64,000 nucleotides of DNA. It comes from Octopus sinensis (taxonomy: Eukaryota). Under the pieces are notes generated by a model. It saw only the letters and a list, made by a program, of their open reading frames with translations. It searched no databases and was not told the origin of the DNA. Shown here piece by piece: positions 38,684-50,949 of this stretch; the stretch's first letter is position 1; every line of letters starts with the position of its first letter. Where the stretch lies: positions 19,096,001 through 19,160,000 of the forward strand of contig NC_043015.1 in NCBI RefSeq assembly GCF_006345805.1, given 5' to 3'. Position numbers and translations under genes: made by a program.

Positions 38684-38883
38684 AACACAGAAATAGACAG
38701 GGAAAGAAAATAGAAGGAGAAAAATAGAAAAAGGTTTAGTGGCTAGCGATCTAACATGACGAATATATATATATGCATTTATAGACACGTATATATATAT
38801 ATGTAACTCGTAAACACTAGTCGTTTTTTTCTCCATTTCCTGTTGCCCGCTTTGGGATCTTTCTTTCCTCTCTCTTCCTTCTT

Positions 38884-38921
38884 TATGTTTCCGACGAAGA
38901 GCTCCGCTCGAAACGTCATAC
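38884..38921 (+). ncRNA. Hammerhead-like motif (CCGACGA variant, probably inactive)
   Basis: CCGACGA-A GAGC TCC GCTC-GAAAC GTC; same stem II as the 38381 copy. Confidence 0.45.
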
Positions 38922-39446
38922 CTTCCTGCTTCCATATTTCCACGAGCGCCTATTAATAATAATACTGTAATTGTTCCATTGTTGTTGTTTTTTTGTTTTC
39001 CCGTTTGGATTAAAATTATATATATATATATATTGTATAGAGGGCATTATTACACATAAATGCCTCACACTAAGAGGGACAAAGTCATTACTACCAAAAT
39101 TATACTAATCATACCTAAATGCAGTTTTTCAAAGCAAGACATTTAAAAAATGAATTTAGTTCTGTATCACCGTGATTTCACATTCAACTTACGTCTTATG
39201 ATCCTCAGCAGAACTGATTCTGAACACATCATAAATAAACTACCAACCTTACGTAGCGAAGACGAACAGGCAACTGCTCACTCCGGCCAAGCACATGGAA
39301 TGTTTATAAATCATATATCCGGTAAATGGCGGGCTTTTTTACGAACTGCATGTCGGGTAATGAAAAGTATTTCGGAATAAGTTTAACAACTACCCGATAA
39401 TTTCTTGTTAAGATCCCTTATTAAGAGGTTATCCTTAATTGTTAAA

Positions 39447-39528
<82 letters not shown>

Positions 39529-40067
39529 TATATATATGTATAAAACTTATATATAAAATGTACAAAAGGGGACAAGAACGCAAACTACACAAAGAGACAA
39601 CACAAAAAAACAGACAGGTCATTCGAAGTCTCTAATCTTCAGTCAGGGAACCGGATTATATTGGCAATTTCGGCTGATTAATCCTGATATCGGCTCGATC
39701 CGGCCAGCCCCAAGGAAAAACTAGCTCCGAGCATTAGATTTCTTGGAAAAAGGATCGAATGTATACGAAACAAAGACAGCGAAACCGGACGATGCCACAC
39801 GAATATAAATACAAGAAACAAAAAATAAAAAATAAAAATAAAAAACAAGAATAGTAATAACAGGACAGCGGGAATTTTACGACTTCAGACAATTAACTTA
39901 TCTTGGCTGGCGTATTTTGAAAAAATGCCTTTGCGGCAGACAGAGACAACAGTTTTAACATGGCAGCAATCAAAGGTATTATTATACATATATATATATA
40001 TATATATAATATATATATATATTATATATATATATAGATATATATATATATATATTATTAAAGAAGG

Positions 40068-41260
40068 AGCTTCTACAGGACTAGAACTGTTTCATTCAAG
40101 AGAAATCTTCAGGAAGCTAGTTAACAAGAATTGTATGGCATTTATACATTTAGGCAGGTTTAAAGGGGGTTGTGGGGGACTTTTTTGGGGGTAGGCATAG
40201 CGCAAATATCATACTTGGGGAAGTGGTCAAGGGTCAGTGTTAAATTAGATAGAAGAATAAATAAAAAAATAAAAAAATAATAAAAAAATAATAAAAATAA
40301 GTAAAGAATAAAAAAAAAAAATATATATATTATATTATATATAAAAAGGGGATAGAGTTTTAGGTAAATAAGGAGATTCTCACTTATACCTATGCAATAT
40401 GTATACATATATACACACACATACAAACATATATACATATACATACACACATACATACACACACACATATATACATATATACACTTACACATACATATAC
40501 ATATCTACGCATACACATATATGTATACATACACACACTCACATGCATACACGTATACACACATGTATATATCACACACGACCACACATACATATACACA
40601 CAGAAAAATATATATACATACACACACATACTCACATACACGCATACACACACATATCCACACACACACATGCACACACAGCACACTAGTCCCTATATAC
40701 ACATATATACACATAACACATATATACACACACATACTATACATACATATATATATATATAATATATATATATACATATGTGTACTATGCATACCTACAC
40801 ATACACACATATATATACACATACAAATACAGACCCATTCCCTAATTTTAATTTTATTATCTTCATTTATACTTTTGTTATTTTGACCGCTGGTCACAAA
40901 CATCTTGGCTATGACAGCCAGTCCATTTATCTGTCTACTGGAAAACAAGCACTCATTCACTCAACACACTTTTAGCACGTACACTCACTCATTCGTACAC
41001 TCATACACATACACGCACGCACGCGTTATATTCATACATACATACATCTACATACATTCACGTATATACACGTACGTACGCGTACCTACAGATTCATGTC
41101 TACACTCTTAGAAGGCTAGTCTATACATATACACCAATAAATATAAATACACACACATACATATACACCTACATACAAATACATACATGTATATATATAT
41201 ATATATATTCACACCAATAAATATAAATACACACACATACATATACACCTACATACAAAT

Positions 41261-41294
<34 letters not shown>

Positions 41295-41449
41295 TCACAT
41301 ATATATACACACACACATATATATATATATATACACATATACACATATATACACATATATACACACATACACATACATACATATACACAATACACATACA
41401 AATACATACACATACGCATATACATATACATACATACATATACACACAC

Positions 41450-41498
<49 letters not shown>

Positions 41499-41860
41499 CA
41501 AACACATACATATACATACATACATATACAAATATACGCACACACATACATACATACTCATATACACATACACGCACATACACATGTACATGCGTACCCA
41601 TACACACACACACACGCGCGCATCCATATATACACATAAGTACACACATGCGTAAAAGTATACATATATCTATGCTTACACATACACACACACACGCGCG
41701 CCTCCTTATATTCATACTTACATGCATACTCAAAAATAAGTAAATAGTAAAATATATATACGCGCAGTTATTCATACATGCATACTCAAAAAATAAAATA
41801 AATATTAAGTATATGTACGTGCAGTTACCTATATATAGACGGATACATACATATAAACTT

Positions 41861-41912
<52 letters not shown>

Positions 41913-42097
41913 GATACATTACATATATACACATATATATATATACATACTACACACATGTACAAAATACATCACACATAGATAACTCTACGTACCTACA
42001 TATACATAAACACACGAGCGTACACGTATATGTACATATACACATACACATACACACGCATATATATACATACATACATACACATACACACATATAT

Positions 42098-42151
<54 letters not shown>

Positions 42152-42554
42152 TATATATACATATACACACACATATACATGTGTGCAAACATACATACAT
42201 ACTCATACACGCACACACACTTACATATACATATATACACACACTTACACACATATATACATACACATATACATACATACATACATACATACATATATGC
42301 ATACATACACACACACATATAATATACATACATACACATACACATACCTATACATATATATACACACACATATGTGTATGTGTATGTATGTATATATATA
42401 TGTGTGTGTGTATGTATGCATATATGTATATGTATGTATGTATATGTGTATGTATATATGTGTGTAAGTGTGTGTATATATGTATATGTAAGTGTGTGTG
42501 CGTGTATGAGTATGTATGTATGTTTGCACACATGTATGTGTGTGTGTATATGTA

Positions 42555-42601
<47 letters not shown>

Positions 42602-43117
42602 TATATAATATATGTAATGTGTGTGTGTGTATATATGTGTGTATGTGTATGTTTGTATGTATATATATGCGTGTGAATGTGTATGTGTATATGTATATAT
42701 ATATATGTGTGTATGTGTGTGTGTATATATATATGTATATGTATATGTATGTATCCGTCTATATAATAGGTAACTGCACGTACATATACTTAATATTTAT
42801 TATTTATTTTTTGAGTATGCATGTATGAATAACTGCGCGTATATATATTTTACTATTTACTTATTTTTTGAGTATGCATGTAAGTATGAATATGAGGAGG
42901 CGCGTGTGTGTGTGTGTATGTGTAAGCATAGATATATGTATACTTTTACGCATGTGTGTACTTATGTGTATATATGGATGCGCGCGTGTGTGTGTGTGTA
43001 TGGGTACGCATGTACATGTGTATGTGCGTGTATGTGTATATGAGTATGTATGTATGTGTGTGCGTATATTTGTATTGTATGTATGTATATGTATGTGTGT
43101 GTATGTGTATATATATA

Positions 43118-43154
<37 letters not shown>

Positions 43155-43381
43155 TATAGTGTGTGTGTATATGTATGTATGTATATGTATATGCGTATGT
43201 GTATGTATTTGTATGTGTATGCATGCGCGTATATATATGTATGTATATGTATACGTGTGGGTGTGTGTATGTGTATAAATGTATGTATGTATGGATGTAT
43301 GGATGTATGTATGTATGTATACGTATGTATGTGTATGTGTGTATATGTATGTATGTGTATGTGTGTATATATGTGTATATA

Positions 43382-43412
<31 letters not shown>

Positions 43413-43969
43413 GTGTATATATATGTGAATATATATATATATATATACATGTATGTATTTGTATGTAGGTGTATATGTATGTGTGTGTATTTATATTTAT
43501 TGGTGTGAATATATATATATATATATACATGTATGTATTTGTATGTAGGTGTATATGTATGTGTGTGTATTTATATTTATTGGTGTATATGTATAGACTA
43601 GCCTTCTAAGAGTGTAGACATGAATCTGTAGGTACGCGTACGTATGTGTATATACGTGAATGTATGTAGATGGATGTATGTATGAATATAACGCGTGCGT
43701 GCGTGTATGTGTATGAGTGTACGAATGAGTGAGTGTACGTGCTAAAGAGTGTGCGTGAGTGAATGAGTGCTTGTTTTCCAGTAGACAGATAAATGGACTG
43801 GCTGTCATAGCCAAGATGTTGTGACCAGCGGTCAAAGATAACAAAAGTAATAAATGAAGATAATAAATTAAAATTAGGGAATGGGTCTGTATTTGTATGT
43901 GTATATATATGTGTGTATGTGTAGGTATGCATAGGTACACATATGTATATATATATATATATAATATAT

Positions 43970-44000
<31 letters not shown>

Positions 44001-44637
44001 ATGTATGTCTGTGTATATATGTGTGTATATGTATATATGTGTATATAGGGACTAGTGTGCTGTGTGTGCATGTGTGTGTGTGGATATGTGTGTGTATGCG
44101 TGTATGTGAGTATGTGTGGTCGTGTGTGTATATATACATGTGTGTATACGTGTATGCATGTGAGTGTGTGTATGTATACATATATGTGTATGCGTAGATA
44201 TGTATATGTATGTGTAAGTGTATATATATGTATATATGTGTGTGTGTATGTATGTGTGTATGTATATGTATATATGTTTGTATGTATGTGTATATATGTA
44301 TACATATGTGCATAGGTATAAGTGAGAATCTCCTTATTTACCTAAAACTCTATCCCCTTTTTTTTATATATATATATATATTTTTTTTTATTCTTTATTA
44401 TTTTATTTTTTATTTTTTATTTTTTTATTTTTTATTTATTCTTCTATCTAATTTAACACTGACTCCTTGACCACTTCCCCAAGTATGATATTTTGCGCTA
44501 TGCCTACCCCCAAAAAGTCCCCCACCAACACCCCTTTAAACCTGCCTAAATGTATAAATGCCAATACAATTCTTGTTAACTAGCTTCCTGAAGATTTCTC
44601 TTGAATGAAACAGTTCTAGTCCTGTAGAAGCTCCTTC
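40068..44637. repeat. ~4.6-kb inverted duplication (arms ~2.3 kb, ~25-bp spacer near 42346-42370)
   Basis: Unique blocks mirror each other (40068-40390 vs 44305-44637; 40840-41130 vs 43585-43890; 41680-41850 vs 42745-42905); differences are mostly 1-bp indels. Confidence 0.92.
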
Positions 44638-44715
44638 TATATAATAAATTAATTTTACTCTGCTATGTATTGAGTACCTTATTTACTGTGGTTAACCCCG
44701 AATCAACCCGGGACC

Positions 44716-44856
<141 letters not shown>

Positions 44857-44877
44857 GTGTACATATATATATACATA

Positions 44878-44990
44878 CATGTGGTAAGTAGCTTGCTAAC
44901 CAACCACATTGTTCCGGGTTCAGTCCCACTGCGTGGCATCTTGGGCAAGTGTTTTCTGTTATAGCCCCGGACTGAAACAAGTAAAAGAGT
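44878..44990 (+). mobile_element. Internally deleted SINE family B
   Basis: Head gtggtaagtagcttgct...ttgggcaagtg joined directly to the actgaaacaagtaaaagagt tail. Confidence 0.75.
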
Positions 44991-45029
44991 ATATATATAT
45001 TCAAAATAAGCAACAAGTATATCTTGGGT

Positions 45030-45120
45030 AATGTGGTACAATCGTTTCATGCTACTTCATTTTATTAAACATTATAAGCAATACATCAGTTTTAAAATGT
45101 TGACCAATCTTCAGCCATTT
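45030..45120 (-). ncRNA. Type-I hammerhead-like motif at the PLE2 3' end
   Basis: Minus strand AATGG-CTGAAGA-TTGG..long stem II..GCAT-GAAAC GATT GTA^CCACATT; same architecture as 17341-17442. Confidence 0.6.
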
Positions 45121-46925
45121 ATAGAAATCTTCCATCAAACGGACAATACATATGCTTATCTCCATTTCGTTTGCCAACATTATAAAGAGGGTAGATATAC
45201 AGATAGAGAGGTTGATTCGATTCTTATGAACATGATAGTATTAAAATTTACTCTCTGACTGTAGATTTTCACTTAGTTATTTAGATCCGTTAGTGTGGAG
45301 GGGGAGTGATTTTCGGTTGGATGGAGACAACGACTTTTTTCAATTTATAGATATAGGAAGGGGTAGAACAAATGTCAAAAATTATTCCTATTCAGAGGAA
45401 CCCAGTCCAGATACATTTGAATGCACTATAGCAAAAAATAAAACCCAGTATTTTGAAGTTAGAGGGGTAGGGGAATTTAGACTATTAATGTCCTAGCGGT
45501 TTTAATGACTACTACTACTTGACATCCGGATTCTACATCAAGAAACCTAAGCAAATACCCTCTAGACAATTAACTAAATGATTTCAATAAACATTTGTAT
45601 CTTATATAGGAATAGAAAATATAGAAATCATTTCGTATTTATATAAATATATATATATCCATTTCCATTAATATATAATCATAATTAGCTAGTAAGTGGT
45701 GATTATTTTAACGAGTTGAATTAAAGAAAATGTTAGACATATTTACTAACCGTGGAAAAAAAACCTTATTAATTTAGTACATATATTAGGAGTCAATAAG
45801 ATATATTAAAAATAATGGAAGGGAAGTAATCAAGATGAGCTAAGTAATTTTCTTAGATTTATTGAATTATTTGCAATTATTTCATATTTATATATCCCCA
45901 TTTCCATCAATATAGAATCATAATTAGCTAGTAAATGTTGATTTGTTTTATTAATGAGTCGAATTAAAAGAATATATTAGACATAATATTTACTCCCCGC
46001 GGAGAAAAACTCTATCAATTAAGTAAAAATATCAGGAGTCAATATATATTAAAAAGTAATGGAAGTGAGGTAATCATGATGAACCAAGTAATTTCTTTAG
46101 ATACATAGAATTTCTTCTTTCTAATATAGGAGATTATCAGAAAAAAAATTCTAATTTCATATATTCAGATTCATATATGCAATGAAGTTTCTTAGTAATC
46201 TATGCAAGTTGAATAAAAGCCAGTATGGTATATTAATTTTTTATTTGGTTGCAAAATATTAGGATATGAAAATTTAGGAATGGTCAGAATGTTATTATTT
46301 AAAATATTTAAACGTACGGGTGGTACAATGTATACAAGAAACTCCTAGTTCAGAACGGTTATTCAACAAGTTTGTATTATTCCTGTGTTTTAAAATTTCA
46401 TATGTCTCCATAGAACAAAGTTCACAACCATCTCTGCTATTTTTATAAGGCTGTGCCTTTCTTATTATATCCCATTTTAGGTTAAATTCTATTTTTTTTT
46501 TTTCAGTTCCCAAATTTTACTGGACAGCGTTGTGCAACCCGCCTTATGTTTAAGCCTAAAAGAGGAAAAATTATTGTTCAGACGTTTCTTTAGACCTATC
46601 GGACATCCGAAATAAAGATAGCTATTATTTAAAGTCATTATTGTACATTTTGAACCAGACAGCGACCAGATACCGGACATTTCGATCTAATTCTACAATT
46701 ACATCTGGGGGATAATTCCTGGTATTAGTATTATTTAGGAGGAATCTATCTTCATTTTCATTACTAGAGCTATTATTAGCATTAGTGTTATTTCCCCTAT
46801 CTATAGTTATATTGTTATATAAGTTAGAGTTGTTAGTTATTAATCTTTTCTAGTTTCCTCACATACTACATCTTTATTTTTATCATTTATATCATTGATA
46901 TTATCATTATTATTATTTATATTAA

Positions 46926-46929
<4 letters not shown>

Positions 46930-46986
<57 letters not shown>

Positions 46987-46990
46987 ATCA

Positions 46991-47027
<37 letters not shown>

Positions 47028-47055
47028 CATCATCAACATCATCATTATTATTGTT
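46930..47055. repeat. (ATT)n/(ATC)n microsatellite within the PLE2 linker
   Basis: Direct reading. Confidence 0.9.
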
Positions 47056-48519
47056 GCTAATATTCATTCCATTTCTAGCTAACTTAATATTTTTTCTATT
47101 AAGTCTAACAATTATGGTACCCATATTTGGAAGAGTAGAGTGATATTCTTACTGATTTATTAGAAATTATTTTATAATATTTATGGGAAGTAGGGAAGTT
47201 TTTTTTCTAGTATAGACATAAATTTGCCGTATATGTTCGTAGAAATCGCACAGTTGATTTAACCATACAACATTTTTTCTTTTGAATTTTTTTTATTTGA
47301 GTAAGGGTGGGAAAGATTATTGTTATCTATATCCTTTAGAGATTAGAGATTCGTTATTCACTATAGTCTTATATTTATGTTTATTAGGTTTTTTCCTTGT
47401 GGGAGAGATTTTATATTATTATTTATATTTATTTTATCTGGCTTAACTTTTTTATACTTATTTGTGATCTGTTTACTATTTTCATTTATTGTATTGTTAT
47501 ATTGTTATATAAGTTAGAGTTGTTAGTTATTAATCTTTTCTAGGTTACGTGTTTCAATTGATTTATATTTTTTTTAAATAGAAGATTTTATATTATTTGA
47601 GCTATTTTCATTCGTTTTATCGTTTGAAAAATTTGTATTATCAAGATCCAGGAAGGTGATTTCTTGGTCGTATCCAGCTCCAGATAATGCAACATTATAA
47701 TGATGTGAATGAGAATTTAAAATTTCATTGTTAAATGATAATTTTGAAATTCTCCTTGAAATACTTTTCACTATTGATTTCAGTATATCTAGTAACTTCA
47801 CCTTCTTTTCTATATGGGTAATATAAATTCGAATTTAAGTCGAAGGTAACATCTAGAAAGTTAACTATCTTGGTGAAATCCTTGAAAAATCTACTAATTT
47901 TCTTCCTTATTCTCTCAATTATCGATTTATTATTACTAGGGACGATAAATAAAACATCATCCCTGTATAGACCACCTTGTAGTTCGAGGATCTCCCTACT
48001 TATGTATTTTAATAAATAAGTTCCTACTAAATTAGTTATCTCCGTCGAATCACTAGAGCCCATGGGTATATCGAAATTATTTGGGGTATCAGTTCTAGTC
48101 CACAATTTTCCCTCAAATTCAATGATAGTTTTTCTAGCTAATAAAATAATATCAATTTCTTCCCTAGTTATGAGAGAAAGTTTTTTTGCGAAAATGAGTG
48201 ATTTGTTTAAGAGAATAGGGGATAAGCTAGAATAGTAATTATTAATATCAAATTGGATGAAAGAATATCTATTATTATTATTTAAAGATTTAAACCAATT
48301 AATTACCTCCTCTGTGTCAATCCATAGTTTCAAGGGAAGGTTAGGGATTATATGGGGTAGAACATTGTCCAAAATAGATTTACTAAGTCGGCCAATATCT
48401 GACTTAGTTGAGCATATGAGTCTTACAGAAGGGTTTTCACAGAAATTTTTCTTATGGTCCTTAAGGTTAATTTTAGGTTCACACGGTGTTAAAGGTATAT
48501 ATATATATATATATATATC

Positions 48520-48929
48520 AGGAGTGGCTGTGTGGTAAATAGCTTGCTTACCAACCACATGGATCCGGGTTCAGTCCCACTGCGTGGCACCTTGGGCAAG
48601 TGTCTTCTACTATAGCCTCGGGCCGATCAAAGCCTTGTGAGTGGATATGGTAGACGGAAACTGAAAGAAGCCCGTCGTATATATGTATATGTATATATGC
48701 GTGTGTGTGTTTGTGTGTCTGTGTCTGTCCCCCTAGCATTGCTTGACAACCGATGCTGGTGTGTTTATGTCCCCGTTACTTAGCGGTTCGGCAAAAGAGA
48801 CCGATAGAATAAGTACTGGGCTTACAAAAGAATAAGTCCCGGGGTCGAGTTGCTCGATTAAAGGCGGTGCTCCAGCATGGCCGCAGTCAAATGACTGAAA
48901 CAAGTAAAAGAGTAAAAGAGTAAAAGAGT
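48520..48929 (+). mobile_element. Full-length SINE family B inserted in (TA)n
   Basis: ggagtggctgtgtggtaa head through a (GTAAAAGA)3 tail. Confidence 0.92.
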
Positions 48930-48996
48930 ATATATATATAAGGTTAATTTGTTAATATATATATAATTTGTTATATATAAGGTTAATTTGTTAAAG

Positions 48997-49031
<35 letters not shown>

Positions 49032-49555
49032 TAATTTATATACATATATAAGGTTAATTTTTAACTTTAAGGTTAATTTTAGGTTCACACGGTGTTAAAG
49101 GTATATATATATATATATAATATATATATATATAATATATATATATATATACACGAGATATACATTGTTAAGTGTTGTAGTACACTTATTCCAAGATAAC
49201 ATACTTAAATTTTACGTATTTTCCATGAAAAGTGGTCTCTGTTCCGAGTTATAAACCCCATTAGTGGGTTAAATAATATTTTAAGATGGGGAAATTTTGG
49301 AAAGCGTCTTTATTTAGTGCCTGGTAGTTTTGTTATTTTCATTGAAATCGAAGCCATTTGAAATTTATTAGGGAGTGTTTTACCCCTTTAAGCCCCCTAA
49401 TCGCAATGGAAAGTAAATTTTATGTAGCTCATCATCTTTCTCGTAAAATTTTACATGGGAACACATACTTTGTTTTCATGTATCTTCTATTCCCTTTCGT
49501 CCTATAGATGTACAGACACACAGACACAGAGACGTTGAGCATCATTATATAGAAG

Positions 49556-49601
<46 letters not shown>

Positions 49602-50750
49602 ATGCGTGCGTGTGTGTGTATATGTATGTATGCATGTATGTATGTATTATGTGTGTATGTATGTAGCACTAACACGTTCAGAGAGTGTTTTGGCAGAAGC
49701 AAGAGTTTATCAGTAGGACATTTTGAGCCAAAAAATGAAGACTATATATAATCTTTTAACTTACCTGCAACAGTAGCTAGATTCTAGCGAATATCAACCT
49801 AGCGCAAGGAAAAAGGAAGGTCACATTGTATAGTGCCATTCGATATATACAAACAATCAGTGTGAAATTTCACAATGTTATAATTGAAATGTCAACTTAC
49901 AATATTACTTATCGCAATATTGTAAGACTTTTGAGGCTCGCACATTGGTGTTTTGCACTCCGTCACCATCATCGCCATCATCGTTATCATTCACGTAAAC
50001 ACAATCTATTATCATCGCAGCACCTCCATCGCGCTCATGACTATCTCTGCCATCATTATCACCCCCTTATATCAACCTTTACTTTTATCAACATAATTCC
50101 AGTACCATTGCCATCTTCACCCACATCAATATCATCTTTAGTGTTTCCACTTTGTCCTCACATAGTACCATTTCCATTAGTTCAATTAGCATCTGTTAAC
50201 CTTCATGACAACAATCCAAACCACCATCGCACCTACAATCACTCTTCTCAATATCGCCATTTCCATTAACACAGTCACCACATCATCTATTTCACCATCA
50301 TTTTCATCAACCATATTTCCACCATTAATATCGTCAACATCATCTATATCACAAGCGTCATCATTATTTACAGCCTTTGAGGCAACTCTACCAACGTATC
50401 CAGTACTAGCACAACCCGATTATCACCTTCATCTTCATTAACATCAACATTATCATTACAACCATCACTCCAACAACAGCACAACCGTTACCGACACCCA
50501 CCGAACGTTTACAGGTTTACTTATCTTTCTGTTTTTTTATATCTATCCTACTTTCTAAATTTCATAGATAAGCCCTTATTATTATCCCGAAAATACAATC
50601 ATCGTCATGACGAGACTGCGTTGAAAAAAATGTATTTTGCTGACTTTTTTCCCTAAAAACAAATATTGATTTTCAAACTTTACAGTTAAAAACCTTTACA
50701 GTAGTTTGACAATATTCAGGCAACACCAATACATACATACATACATACAT

Positions 50751-50784
<34 letters not shown>

Positions 50785-50949
50785 CACACACACACACACA
50801 TACATACATACATACATACATACATACATACATACATACATACATACATACATACATACATACATGCACTTTTTTTAATCCGAGGGGAGGCAATGCGAGC
50901 AGCAACTAAAGGAACATTACAAAATCCACAGAAAGATCAAACACATACA

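Larger units (their letters stand above)
45000..48495 (-). mobile_element. Penelope-like element PLE2 (RT + C-terminal GIY-YIG; Naiad-like)
   Basis: RT motifs FIQFDINNYY, FDIPMGSSD..EITNLVGTYLL, GLYRDD and VNFLDVTFDL; CNCR..KCP..GRC zinc motif; AQPYKN..GCELC; (AAT)n linker; ~215-bp direct repeats at ~45650 and ~45890. Confidence 0.88.

Noticed and set aside
49826-50441. His/Ser/Ile-rich ORFs
   Set aside because: Degenerate (CAT/CAC)n low-complexity sequence with no splice or domain support.
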